Source of the DNA: a bacterium
GTDB lineage: Bacteria; Electryoneota; B3-LCP
DNA length: 58,999 nucleotides
NCBI GenBank assembly: GCA_018812585.1
Contig: JAHJDJ010000372.1
Coordinates: forward strand, 1-58,999
Reading direction: 5' to 3'
Shown here: piece by piece, positions 40,111 through 49,992 of the stretch
How positions within the stretch are numbered: position 1 is the stretch's first letter
How the letters are laid out: each line of letters opens with the position of its first letter
The notes under the pieces: model-generated
Seen by the model: the letters and a program-made list of their open reading frames with translations, nothing else
The model's database searches: none
What the model was told of the DNA's origin: nothing
Made by a program: the position numbers and the translations under genes

Positions 40111-40112
40111 CG

Positions 40113-41585
40113 ATGAAAATTTTCTCTACAATTTTAGCTCTTGCCGGTGTTTTCTGTTTATTATCATCTCTGCTGCTGCTGATATTGCCTTTCGATGTCA
40201 ACACACTGCAAAATGTTCTCACTTCGGACGGTTCCTTTGATTCGTTAATTCAATATGCCGCCAGTGGTTTAACTGGCGGTTTTGCTCTGGCAGGTTGTAT
40301 TCTTCTGCTTCTTGCTTTACTTTTGTATTTATTGGCAGTTAATAAGTTAAAAATACACCGGTTATCATCAATTCAAATACTGAGCATTGTCATAGCGTTT
40401 CAATTTATAGCCGGACTGATTTATGTTATAAACATCACCTACATCCCACACGAAGACTACCAATGGTACCACTTGCAAGCGACGCATCTATCCGAAGGTG
40501 CGGCAATCACCGATCTCTTTGGAAGTCCGACTGCTTACTGGCCTATCGGTTATCCCTTATTTCTGTCAGTCTTCTATAAGCTCTTTGGCGCAGAAATTGG
40601 CACTGCTCAAATTGTCGGCGTTGTAATTGCTATCTTCTCATCTGTTGTGGCTTTATTGCTCTATCGAAAGTTCTTGCCGAAAGATGCGGCATTTAAGTCG
40701 CTCATCGTTTTTGCATTGATTCCATCAGGCATCTTCTACGCTTCACTGCCTCAGTCAGATTCTTTTTTCGGCTTGTTGATCAGTCTAATTGCACTACTAT
40801 CACTGGGAAGTGCCTCCTGGTTCAATACCATCATTCTGGGTATTGTCTTCGGTTATGCCGCTCTGACAAGGCCCGTAATCCTGTTCTTTCCACTATTCAT
40901 AGCAGCTTATCGCTATTTACGTGACAAGAACCTGCGGCAGGCGTTAATCCATTTAATAATTATCTTTGTTCTTGGTGAATTGATATTACTACCCTGGCAA
41001 ATTCGAAATTATCAAATCTTTGATGATTTCGTCCTCTCTTCCACCAATGGTGGTAAGCAGGTCTGGATGGGAAATAACCACCATGCCAGCGGTGGTTATC
41101 TACCAGATCGTAGCTTCATGAGCTATGATGAATATGAGCAATACCATGCCCTAAGCGAGACAAAGCGAGACAGTTATGCATTTGAAAAGGGTGTATCGTG
41201 GATAATTGAAAATCCAACTAAACTTGTTCTGCTCTGGCCAAAAAAGTTTATGCATCTTTATTACAAAGACAGCAAGTGTATTACATATACCTTACATGAG
41301 GGCTACGAATCCTACCCTCCATTCATCATTATGGGGCTTATTATCTCTACAGAAGGTTTTTACTATAGTCTAGGACTGGTCTTTATCTTGGCTCTGATTA
41401 GACTTTTCAGGCAACGCCTATTTGACCTTAATCTATGGATTGTGCTTGCTCTGATTGTATACTTCACTGCCGTATACCTGCCCTTCGTCGCCGATGGTCG
41501 TTATCACCTGCCTTTAATGCCTTTCTTCGTTCTCTTCATCTTCGCGGCGTTTTCAGATTCCAGAGAGAAGTCCCGCCAATTGTAA
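40113..41585 (+). CDS. GT-C-fold membrane glycosyltransferase (ArnT/PMT-like, GT39/GT83-type)
   Basis: About 12 TM helices; PIGYPLFLSVFYKLFG-type motif in the first periplasmic loop region. The ORF-track N-terminal extension overlapping the methyltransferase is an artefact; the ATG at 40113 follows the MTase stop. Confidence 0.6.
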   Translation: MKIFSTILALAGVFCLLSSLLLLILPFDVNTLQNVLTSDGSFDSLIQYAASGLTGGFALAGCILLLLALLLYLLAVNKLKIHRLSSIQILSIVIAFQFIAGLIYVINITYIPHEDYQWYHLQATHLSEGAAITDLFGSPTAYWPIGYPLFLSVFYKLFGAEIGTAQIVGVVIAIFSSVVALLLYRKFLPKDAAFKSLIVFALIPSGIFYASLPQSDSFFGLLISLIALLSLGSASWFNTIILGIVFGYAALTRPVILFFPLFIAAYRYLRDKNLRQALIHLIIIFVLGELILLPWQIRNYQIFDDFVLSSTNGGKQVWMGNNHHASGGYLPDRSFMSYDEYEQYHALSETKRDSYAFEKGVSWIIENPTKLVLLWPKKFMHLYYKDSKCITYTLHEGYESYPPFIIMGLIISTEGFYYSLGLVFILALIRLFRQRLFDLNLWIVLALIVYFTAVYLPFVADGRYHLPLMPFFVLFIFAAFSDSREKSRQL

Positions 41586-41675
41586 ACCCACGCTAAAAAC
41601 ACAAGAGCAGAAATCACTTTATCTCCGCCATTGATTTTTGTAACTTATATCTTTCTGAAGTCAACTGGACTTGCG

Positions 41676-43049
41676 ATGTTTATCGATACACACGCTCACC
41701 TGGATTTCCCCGAACTGCAATCACACCTGGAGGCAGTCCTGCAAAACGCGGCCTTAGCAAAAGTCACTTATATCAATACCATCGGTATCGACGCGGCGAC
41801 CAATCAGAATGCAGTGCGAATCGCAGAGAAGTACGACAATGTCTATGCCTCGGTCGGCTGGCATCCGCACGATGCTGCGAGAGCGGACAGTAACTTGGAG
41901 AATCATATCCGTGAACTGGCGAAACACCCCAAAGTCGTTGCTATCGGTGAGATCGGATTGGATTACTTCAGAGACCTCTCACCTCGCGATATCCAGCGCG
42001 ACATTTTCGCCCGCATGTTGAAACTGGCCAACGAACTGGATCTGCCGGTGATTATCCATTGCCGGGATGCTTATCAAGATCTCTTCAAAATCTTGCGCGA
42101 GAATCTGACAGAGAAATCCCGCGGCGGATTCCACTGTTTCTCCGGTGGCATCGCTGAATTAAGGGAAGTTCTCGAGATGGGATTTCTGGTGTCTTACACC
42201 GGAAATATTACTTACAAAAACAGCATCCTGATTCCCACCGTTAAGGCTACTCCAATAGATAAAACGATGCTGGAAACCGATTGTCCCTTCATGACGCCTC
42301 ACCCCCACAGGGGCAAGCGTAACGAACCGGCTTATGTTCCGCTTATAGCATCGAAGCTGGCAGAGGTGAAAGAACTGACGATTGATGACATTGCCAGAGT
42401 AACCTCTTATAATGCTTACAAATTGTTCGGAATTGGCACAAGCCCCGAACGCAGCATAACTTATCAGATAAGAAATTCACTGTATATTGCGCTCACATCC
42501 CGCTGCACTAACAAATGCAGCTTCTGCCGAAGATACACGGAGCCTTTCGTCAAGGGTCACAATATCGGCATGTCCCGGTCTGAAGAGCCATCTGCCGGCG
42601 AGATTATGACGGCTGTCGGTGACCCATCCACATACGAGGAAATCGTGTTTTGTGGTTATGGTGAACCAACTCTTCGCCTGGAGACGATGCTTGAAGTGTC
42701 AAAACGCCTGAAAGATAGCGGCGTTAAGAGGATTCGCTTGAATACCAATGGTCAGAGCGATCTGATCCATCGCCGTGATATCGTCCCTGACTTAGTTGGG
42801 TTGATCGATACGGTGTCTATCAGTTTAAACGAATCTACCGCAGACAAGTATCAGAACATCGTCAACAGCAATTTTGGGTCGGAGGCATTCAATGCCCTGA
42901 TTGAATTTGCCAAACGGTGTGTGACGTCTTTGCCGGAGGTTATTTTCACGGTTGTCTCTTATCCTGGAGTTGATTTGGAAGGCTGCCGAGCGATTGCTGA
43001 CCGGGTGGGGGCTAAGTTTCGTATCCGTGAATACAATGAAGTAGGATAA
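41676..43049 (+). CDS. Fusion protein: TatD-family metal-dependent hydrolase (N) + TatD-associated radical SAM domain (C)
   Basis: TatD motifs MFIDTHAHLDF, GEIGLDY, HCRDA, HCFSG; C-terminal radical-SAM cluster motif CTNKCSFC (Cx3Cx2C). Confidence 0.8.
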   Translation: MFIDTHAHLDFPELQSHLEAVLQNAALAKVTYINTIGIDAATNQNAVRIAEKYDNVYASVGWHPHDAARADSNLENHIRELAKHPKVVAIGEIGLDYFRDLSPRDIQRDIFARMLKLANELDLPVIIHCRDAYQDLFKILRENLTEKSRGGFHCFSGGIAELREVLEMGFLVSYTGNITYKNSILIPTVKATPIDKTMLETDCPFMTPHPHRGKRNEPAYVPLIASKLAEVKELTIDDIARVTSYNAYKLFGIGTSPERSITYQIRNSLYIALTSRCTNKCSFCRRYTEPFVKGHNIGMSRSEEPSAGEIMTAVGDPSTYEEIVFCGYGEPTLRLETMLEVSKRLKDSGVKRIRLNTNGQSDLIHRRDIVPDLVGLIDTVSISLNESTADKYQNIVNSNFGSEAFNALIEFAKRCVTSLPEVIFTVVSYPGVDLEGCRAIADRVGAKFRIREYNEVG

Positions 43050-43079
43050 AAAAAATGGCGCCGAAAGGAGACAGCGCCA
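43048..43079 (-). terminator. Strong rho-independent terminator oriented on the minus strand
   Basis: TGGCGC-12 nt-GCGCCA stem; on the minus strand it is followed by TTTTTTTT (plus-strand A8 precedes it). Confidence 0.65.
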
Positions 43080-43316
43080 AGTGCAAAGGGATAAGTACAC
43101 GCTATAAATTAAATTTTCAGATCAACCTCCGGGGTGACAAACACTTTTAGTTTTCTCTTCACCCTTCTTATCGGAATGTTCACTGTAGAACTTTAACTAT
43201 TTTTCGTACTTTTTTCAGGAATAATTACAAAATTTTAATAAGTATTATAATTACAATAACATGCGGGTTAACTATTTTTTTGTGTCAGGATTAATAATAG
43301 TGGTTTTATGGGGAAT

Positions 43317-44063
43317 TTATTCTAAAAGCATCGCAACTTCATTCTTGCTGAGTTTCCGCCACTCTCCAACTTTCAGCTTTCCTAAAGTCAATTTCCCGAT
43401 CCGTTGGCGATGCAGTTCTTTAACGGGCAAATCAATCGCCTTAAAGGTCCTTCTGATCTGACGCTTGCGTCCTTCTGTTAGAATCACCTCAAGCTCTTGT
43501 GAATTTGTCCGCTTCACGGCTTTAAACCGCGAAACGCCGTCATCCAAGAGCACGCCCCTTTCCAGTTTCTTGAGATGTCCGGCATTAACCGGACGATCAA
43601 ATTCGACCAGATATTCCTTCTCTTTCTCACTGGAAGGATGCGCCAGTTTTTGTGCCAGAGCCCCATCATTGGTCAGGATCAGCAAGCCAGTGGTATCTCG
43701 ATCCAACCGGCCGACACTGAAAAGCCGCCCAGGAACACCATCGATCAGATCAAAAACAGTCGAGCCGGTTTCCCGGCTCGACTGATTGGTGACTAAGATG
43801 CCTTTCGGCTTATGGATCATGATATACAGGGATTCGGCTTGTGGTGTCACCTCTTTCCCACGGAACTCAACGCGTTGGACTCCTGCCTTAATGCGGGTTT
43901 CCGGGGTGTCAACAATGACTCCATCGACGCGCACCCATCCGGCGCGAATGTAATCTTCACATTTACGCCTCGCAGCTATCCCGCAGCGCGCCAAATATTT
44001 GGCCAGCTTTTCAGTTGTCTCCAAAGCAGAATCGCGCGTCTCGGAATCCGCTGACTTATTCAT
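43317..44063 (-). CDS. rluB: Ribosomal RNA pseudouridine synthase, RsuA/RluB family (S4 domain + catalytic domain)
   Basis: S4-like N-terminus ([14 protein letters not shown]); catalytic motif [17 protein letters not shown]. Confidence 0.8.
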   Translation of the reverse strand: MNKSADSETRDSALETTEKLAKYLARCGIAARRKCEDYIRAGWVRVDGVIVDTPETRIKAGVQRVEFRGKEVTPQAESLYIMIHKPKGILVTNQSSRETGSTVFDLIDGVPGRLFSVGRLDRDTTGLLILTNDGALAQKLAHPSSEKEKEYLVEFDRPVNAGHLKKLERGVLLDDGVSRFKAVKRTNSQELEVILTEGRKRQIRRTFKAIDLPVKELHRQRIGKLTLGKLKVGEWRKLSKNEVAMLLE

Positions 44064-44805
44064 CCCTTAGTTTTTTCTTGAACACATCGAACAGATCAAT
44101 CGGAATGGGGAACAGAGTCGTCGAATTATTCTCCGAAGCAACTTCAGCCAGAGTCTGCAGATACCTCAGTTGCAGCGCCATCGGATGATTTTCAATAATT
44201 TTTGCAGCTTCGGCTAACTTACTGGATGCCTGAAACTCTCCTTCCGCATGGATGACCTTAGCACGCCGTTCGCGCTCCGCTTCAGCCTGCTTTGCCATGG
44301 CACGCTGCATCTCGGGAGGCAGATCGACATGCTTGACTTCTACCAGAGACACCTTGACGCCCCACGGATCAGTGTGGGCGTCCACGATCCCCTGTAGCTT
44401 CTTGTTGATCTTATCACGCTCAGCAAGTAGATCATCAAGTTCGAACTGCCCTAAAACACTTCTCAGGGTTGTCTGAGCCAATTGGCTGGTTGCATAAAGG
44501 TAATTTTCAACTTCCACGATGGACTTGTTGGGTTCCATAACTCTGAAGTTGAGTACTGCGTTCACCTTGATTGAGACATTGTCTTTGGTGATAACATCCT
44601 GCGGCGGAACGTCTTGCACGATGGTACGCAAAGATACCTTTTTCATGCGATCAATAATTGGGATCAGGATAATAATCCCGGGACCCTTCGATCCGATCAG
44701 CCGACCCAGTCGAAAGATAACCGCTCTCTCATACTCGTTCAGGACTTTGATCGCCGAAAGTAGAAACAGTACAGCCAAACCAATTAGAATTGCTGTGCCT
44801 GGCAT
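44056..44805 (-). CDS. SPFH/band-7 (stomatin/slipin-like) membrane protein
   Basis: GGAGG SD 5 nt before the ATG at 44805; N-terminal TM then ...[15 protein letters not shown]... band-7 core; coiled-coil C-terminus. Confidence 0.85.
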   Translation of the reverse strand: MPGTAILIGLAVLFLLSAIKVLNEYERAVIFRLGRLIGSKGPGIIILIPIIDRMKKVSLRTIVQDVPPQDVITKDNVSIKVNAVLNFRVMEPNKSIVEVENYLYATSQLAQTTLRSVLGQFELDDLLAERDKINKKLQGIVDAHTDPWGVKVSLVEVKHVDLPPEMQRAMAKQAEAERERRAKVIHAEGEFQASSKLAEAAKIIENHPMALQLRYLQTLAEVASENNSTTLFPIPIDLFDVFKKKLRDE

Positions 44806-44840
44806 AATTCCTCCAGTTAAGCAAATAGCTGACAAAACAC

Positions 44841-45155
44841 TCAGCGTTGTCGATTTTCCATAATGAGGTACGCACCGAGGATCACCAAAGCAGCCGGAAT
44901 CAGAGGAACGTCAAGATAAAACCAGCGGAAATGGTTTCCCAGCAGAATGACGCCGACCACTACCAGGACGATACCCCAGAAAGCGGCGTCGCGCCCTTTT
45001 GGGGGCGGCTTGTGAATCTGCTGTAACTTTTCAGTTTCCGTTTTTTTGCTAAAAAACTCGTTTTCCAGCTTCTGTGTAAAGTCATTGAATCGCTTTTCCA
45101 TATCGTCAGCGAATTCAGTGAATTTTTTCTCAAGGTCGTCAAGGCTCATTTTCAA
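44841..45155 (-). CDS. Small membrane protein (N-terminal coiled-coil, two C-terminal TM helices), hypothetical
   Basis: AGGA SD upstream of ATG; 104 aa; sits inside the NfeD–stomatin operon. Confidence 0.5.
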   Translation of the reverse strand: MKMSLDDLEKKFTEFADDMEKRFNDFTQKLENEFFSKKTETEKLQQIHKPPPKGRDAAFWGIVLVVVGVILLGNHFRWFYLDVPLIPAALVILGAYLIMENRQR

Positions 45156-45207
45156 TCCTGTTTAAGCCCCATTCTTGATCAATTACCGTTTAAGAAACAG
45201 CCTTAGG

Positions 45208-45528
45208 CTATTTCTTCTCATCAGCCTTCTGCTGTGCAGCTTTTTCCAGGCGGCGCTTACGATACCATTCGCGCTGATATTTCAAGCGTTCTTCCCGGTG
45301 TGAGCGATAGTACTGCTTCAGATAGGGCCGACGTTTTTTATATTGCTGACGTTGGCGCTTCAGCAGTTCTTCGCGATTATCCCAGTAATAATCCTTGGTT
45401 ACGCGACGATAACAGGCCTTGCAGCGCGAACGAAAAACGGTTGTTCCCAAGGCAGTTTTCTGTGTATAGAATTCAGCAACTGGAAGCTTCTGACCACAGA
45501 GGTTACAGACTTTTTCTTTCTTCTCCAT
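45208..45528 (-). CDS. Small zinc-ribbon protein with a highly basic K/R/Y/Q-rich helical tail, hypothetical
   Basis: AAGGA SD; CNLCGQK...(21 aa)...CKACYRR then ...KRQRQQYKKRRPYLKQYYRSHREERLKYQREWYRKRRLEK. Confidence 0.5.
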   Translation of the reverse strand: MEKKEKVCNLCGQKLPVAEFYTQKTALGTTVFRSRCKACYRRVTKDYYWDNREELLKRQRQQYKKRRPYLKQYYRSHREERLKYQREWYRKRRLEKAAQQKADEKK

Positions 45529-45571
45529 TTTGTATCCTTATTTTGTCCTGTTTGTTTCAATGTTCGATTTA

Positions 45572-46870
45572 TTAAGAATCTTTTTCGACGATCAGAATGA
45601 GCCGTTCGACATTAATGACTATGATGGCTGATCCCGCAGGAACAGGCTCGCCTGCGGCTTTTGCGCGCCAGAATTCCCCATGAATTTTTACATCTCCGAG
45701 AGGATCCAAGTCGTCAACGGCCTCTCCCCTCTCCCCTAACATCCCTTCACGGCCGGTCGTAGGTTTGCGCTGCTGTGCTCGAACCGCCAAGGTTATTGCA
45801 ACGCCGAAAAACAGCAGTGTAGCAAGTACTCCCGGAATAATAACACTCCAGGATATCTCAAGTCCCGGGATGGGAGAGTCAATCAACATGATAGAACCTA
45901 TCAGCAATGAGATTGTTCCGCCTATGCTTAATATGCCATAACTGGCTATCTTTATTTCCAGAATAAAAAGGATGATTGCCAGTAAAATCAGTAACAATCC
46001 AGCGATATTTACTGGTAGTGTCTGAAAGGCGAAAAAAGCCAGAATCAAACAGATGCCGCCGATAACTCCCGGCGCAATTGACCCGGGATTGTAAAGTTCA
46101 AAGAACAAGCCGTACATTCCTAAAAGCATCAATATATAGGCCACGTTCGGATTGCTGATGATGTCCAGCATACGATCACGCCAGGTCATGTGAATGTGAT
46201 CAAGCTCCACGTTGGTCAAATTCAAAGGACGAGATCCCCGCGGCAATGAAACCTCACGCCCGTCCAGCATGATTAATAGACTATCGGTCGAAGAGGCAAT
46301 CAAATCGATTACGTTAAGCTCCAGCGCTTCTCTCTCAGTGATGGATGCAGATTCGCGTACGGAACTTTCCGCCCAATCGGCATTGCGACCCCTTTTCTCA
46401 GCGATGGAACGAATGTAGGCTACCGCGTCATTGAGAACTTTTTCTTCCATCACACCGGTGGAATCCTGCTCACCCCCCCCCATACCCATGGATACTGGAT
46501 GAGCTGCGCCGATGTTGGTTCCAGGCGCCATCGCCGCAATATGAGCTGCCATCGTGATAAACACACCAGCAGATCCGGCTCTCGATCCAGAGGGAGACAC
46601 ATAGACGATCACAGGCACGTCACTGGCCAGCATCGCTTTGATGATATCGCGCATGGAATCCATCAAGCCGCCGGGTGTATCCAGTTCAATCAGAAGCGCT
46701 TCAGCATTCGCGGCATTGGCTTCTTCAATGGCGCGCTGAATGAAATTTGCGCTCGCCGGATGGATAACACCATCGACTTCAATGGTTTTAACCGTCACTG
46801 CTTTGGCGGATACGGAAAGTCCTGCCAGCAGCACGATTAGAAGAAGATTTTTTAGATAACTCAGACTCAT
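45572..46870 (-). CDS. NfeD-family membrane-bound ClpP-class serine protease (stomatin-operon partner protein)
   Basis: Signal peptide from the ATG at 46870 (MSLSYLKNLLLIVLLAGLSVSAKA); ClpP-fold motif DTPGGLMDSM; several TM helices; C-terminal OB-fold. Confidence 0.8.
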   Translation of the reverse strand: MSLSYLKNLLLIVLLAGLSVSAKAVTVKTIEVDGVIHPASANFIQRAIEEANAANAEALLIELDTPGGLMDSMRDIIKAMLASDVPVIVYVSPSGSRAGSAGVFITMAAHIAAMAPGTNIGAAHPVSMGMGGGEQDSTGVMEEKVLNDAVAYIRSIAEKRGRNADWAESSVRESASITEREALELNVIDLIASSTDSLLIMLDGREVSLPRGSRPLNLTNVELDHIHMTWRDRMLDIISNPNVAYILMLLGMYGLFFELYNPGSIAPGVIGGICLILAFFAFQTLPVNIAGLLLILLAIILFILEIKIASYGILSIGGTISLLIGSIMLIDSPIPGLEISWSVIIPGVLATLLFFGVAITLAVRAQQRKPTTGREGMLGERGEAVDDLDPLGDVKIHGEFWRAKAAGEPVPAGSAIIVINVERLILIVEKDS

Positions 46871-46964
46871 CGAGTAAATCCTGTTTACAGCAATTTTAAA
46901 ATAGTAAATAAATAAGTACAAATCAAGATTTAAACAGGATATTTTTTATAATGTCTTAATGCCA

Positions 46965-48374
46965 TCAGGAATATTTTTGCACAACTAGATTGAAACTGTT
47001 CGCCGTTTCTGCAATCTCATCATCCATGATCGCCTTGACGTCGATCACCACCCAATCTTTCTTCGTGTATCCAATGATAGGTAACACGGCATCACGCAGC
47101 GCGGCTGCTAATCGAGAGGCTTTCAAATCTCTGATTTTCAATCTTATAGCCGCAGATGGAAATTCTTCCAACGGCAAAGCGCCTGAACCAAGCTGCGCAG
47201 AACTGGAAATCACCTCGACTTTCACTGCATCAGAAACATTATCATCAACTAAATCGAATAACCTTTGAGCTCGTGCGAGTGACTCCGCCCTCTCCTCTAC
47301 TAACCTTGACAACACTGGATGTTGTTCCAGCAGTTTCATGGGAGATAAGTATGCGCGCACAGTTTCTTCAAGGAACGCCAGGGTGAACTTATCCGGTCTT
47401 AACGCACGCAGCAGGTGATTTTTCCTTAATCTTTCCAACGTCTTGGCTTTACCCACAATGATACCGGATTGCGGGCCGCCTAATACCTTATCACCACTGA
47501 ATGTGACAACATCGACTCCAGCAGAAACACTATCGCTTACGACAGGTTCGTGCGGCAAATTCCAGTTTTCGAGATCTACGATAACGCCGCCGCCCAAGTC
47601 ATGAATCACGCTGATGACAGCTTTTCGACCAAGTTCGACCAGTCCCTCCAATCCAGCTTCCTGGACGAATCCCTTAATGCGGTAATTACTCGAATGCGCT
47701 ACTAATATGGCCCGGGTTCTGTCAGTGATTGCTTCCGCGTAATCTCTAACATAGGTTTTGTTCGTCGTGCCGACTTCCACCAATAGTGTGCCTGACTTTT
47801 TCATAATCTCAGGCAGACGGAAAGAACCACCGATTTCGATCAGTTCACCTCGTGAAACCAGCGTCTCTTTACGATAGGCCAAACTGTTTAACGCAAGGAG
47901 CACAGCCGCTGCATTATTATTTACTACAATTGCCGCTTCAGCGTTGGTGATATAGGCAATTAAATCTTCCAGGACAGTTTGTCTGTCACCCCGCTTACCC
48001 GATTCCAGATCCAGTTCGAGATTGCAGCAACGCCTGACGCGGTCGAAAGCTCGCTGATAAGCCGCGTCGATGAGAGGCGATCTTCCAAGTCCTGTATGTA
48101 ATAGAATGCCAGTGCCATTGATCACTCTGCGCAGCCTGACGTCGGCGAACTTTTCGACCGTATGGATCACCCGGTCAATTAATATTTCATCTGGACTGGG
48201 CTCCTCAGTCCCAGACAATAAGCGCTTTCGTTCTTCGTCAATGACCTCAATACACTTTTTTTTGACCAACTCATGCTGATATGTCTTCACCAAACGCTGC
48301 AACTCTGCTCTTTCTAAAAGAGCTCCCACCTGCGGCAGCTGCTTGAGTCTTTCTTGTAAATCTAATTTGGTCAT
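46965..48374 (-). CDS. selA: L-seryl-tRNA(Sec) selenium transferase (selenocysteine synthase)
   Basis: 469 aa; PLP-lysine motif FSGDKVLGGPQSGIIVGK; SelA N-terminal region. Confidence 0.85.
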   Translation of the reverse strand: MTKLDLQERLKQLPQVGALLERAELQRLVKTYQHELVKKKCIEVIDEERKRLLSGTEEPSPDEILIDRVIHTVEKFADVRLRRVINGTGILLHTGLGRSPLIDAAYQRAFDRVRRCCNLELDLESGKRGDRQTVLEDLIAYITNAEAAIVVNNNAAAVLLALNSLAYRKETLVSRGELIEIGGSFRLPEIMKKSGTLLVEVGTTNKTYVRDYAEAITDRTRAILVAHSSNYRIKGFVQEAGLEGLVELGRKAVISVIHDLGGGVIVDLENWNLPHEPVVSDSVSAGVDVVTFSGDKVLGGPQSGIIVGKAKTLERLRKNHLLRALRPDKFTLAFLEETVRAYLSPMKLLEQHPVLSRLVEERAESLARAQRLFDLVDDNVSDAVKVEVISSSAQLGSGALPLEEFPSAAIRLKIRDLKASRLAAALRDAVLPIIGYTKKDWVVIDVKAIMDDEIAETANSFNLVVQKYS

Positions 48375-48460
48375 TGTCTTTTATAGCGAGTTCGGCCTAT
48401 CGCTACAGATGATACGAGAAATATTTTTCAATTGCAAGTAAAATCAACGATAAAAATGAA

Positions 48461-48495
48461 AAAGTTTGCCTGAAAATATGCCTCAAGCAAACTTT
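48461..48495 (-). terminator. Rho-independent terminator (bidirectional-looking) downstream of the M16 peptidase gene
   Basis: AAAGTTTGC-17 nt-GCAAACTTT stem; minus strand continues TTCATTTTT, plus strand continues TTTTC. Confidence 0.65.
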
Positions 48496-48514
48496 TTCTG
48501 TAAATCTTCATTTT

Positions 48515-49960
48515 TTAGTCGATTTCCACCACTTCAACCGGTCCAATCTGTTCCAGATCGGCCTTGACTTCCTCGGCATTGCTCAACACCACGATTAACA
48601 TATCCTCGGGGTGCAGGTACTCTTGGGCAACTCGCATGACGTCTTTTTGGGTCACAGCGTCAATCCTGGAGCGATATTTCTCGATGTAATCTGAACCCAG
48701 GCCATATATTTCGATACTCTGTAACTGACTGGCTATGTCACCGGGAGTTTCAAAGTTCAAAGGATAGCTTCCCGTTAGATACGATTTAGCTTCCTGCAAT
48801 TCCTGATCAGTCGGTCCCTCTTCCTGATAGGTCTTAACCACATCAAGCATGGCATTGATGGCATCCAGAGTGGATTCATTCTTGGTAAATGTTGAAATAG
48901 TGAACGGGCCCTGATCCAGCCTTGCGCTGAACGAGGAACTTACTCCGTAGGTTAATCCCATTTCAGATCGGATGATCTTCACCAAACGCGAGGAGAAGCC
49001 TCCGCCGCCGAGGATGTAGTTCATAATCGTCACCGGGAAATAATCCTCATTGTCTCTGGAAATTCCCAGATGTCCCATCCGTATCTGTGCCTGTGTGGCA
49101 TCGGATTTATTGATTAATCTGATTTTGTACCCTTCAGGGGCGTCTGTCTGCGGCAAGGAAAGGACTGGCGCCGCGCCCTTTTCCCAACTGCTGAAAGCTT
49201 CTTTTGCCAGTTTAAAGCCCTCTTTCGGTTTGATATCTCCTACTACAAAAAGCACCGAATTATTGGGAGCAAATATCAGATCATACATACCCACAATATC
49301 TTCTCGTGTCAATCCCGCGATGGTCTCTTCAGTGCCCTCAGTTGGCAGGGCATAAGGATGGTCCCCGAAAAGCCATTCGCTGTAGGCTTTGCTGGCCACA
49401 GAGCTGGGCTGGTCTTTGCTGTTGACGATGCTGGAGAGTGTACTTTGGCGGTTTCTTTCGATCTCATCATCTGCAAAGGTAGGATTCAGGACTACATCCT
49501 GCATAATATCCAGACCTTTGGCCAGGTGCTTCTTCAAAACGGTGCAAGTTACGTAGGTCCCCGACCAGCCGCTGCCAGCTCCCAGATTCCCACCGATAAA
49601 GTCGATTTCATCAGCAATCTCGGAGGCGGTCCGATTCTTAGTCCCTTTCGTCAACAGATCTGCCATGAAACTGGTGGCGCCTGCTTTGCCAGCCGGATCG
49701 TACTGGCTGCCTGCTTTGCACATCAGCCGAAGGGACACTACTGGTAATTCGTGATGCTCAACCACGACCACTTTCAGCCCGTCATTCAGTATCTTTTCCT
49801 CAATCGGCGGTAGTTTGACCGGTGTAAGGTCTTGCGTCTGCGGCGGTGTATAAGCCGGTACAACGTCTTCTTTATCTTCTGCAAGGCAGATTGATGTCTG
49901 TGTGCTTGCCAATAACACGAACACCAGAACCAGCCCTGATATTATCTTGATGGATTTCAT
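48515..49960 (-). CDS. Peptidase M16 family protein, non-catalytic-type subunit (lacks HxxEH), secreted
   Basis: Signal peptide; M16 fold regions but no HxxEH inverted zinc motif. Confidence 0.7.
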   Translation of the reverse strand: MKSIKIISGLVLVFVLLASTQTSICLAEDKEDVVPAYTPPQTQDLTPVKLPPIEEKILNDGLKVVVVEHHELPVVSLRLMCKAGSQYDPAGKAGATSFMADLLTKGTKNRTASEIADEIDFIGGNLGAGSGWSGTYVTCTVLKKHLAKGLDIMQDVVLNPTFADDEIERNRQSTLSSIVNSKDQPSSVASKAYSEWLFGDHPYALPTEGTEETIAGLTREDIVGMYDLIFAPNNSVLFVVGDIKPKEGFKLAKEAFSSWEKGAAPVLSLPQTDAPEGYKIRLINKSDATQAQIRMGHLGISRDNEDYFPVTIMNYILGGGGFSSRLVKIIRSEMGLTYGVSSSFSARLDQGPFTISTFTKNESTLDAINAMLDVVKTYQEEGPTDQELQEAKSYLTGSYPLNFETPGDIASQLQSIEIYGLGSDYIEKYRSRIDAVTQKDVMRVAQEYLHPEDMLIVVLSNAEEVKADLEQIGPVEVVEID

Positions 49961-49992
49961 TTTTTAAATTCTCCTGATAATCCCCGGTTTTC

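Noticed and set aside
39939-40112. ORF-track N-terminal extension of the GT-C membrane protein overlapping the methyltransferase gene
   Set aside because: The extension (MRRRCHQTGQHSQL…) is arginine-rich junk in the methyltransferase's alternative frame. The membrane protein has a natural start (MKIFSTILALAG…) at 40113, right after the methyltransferase stop.
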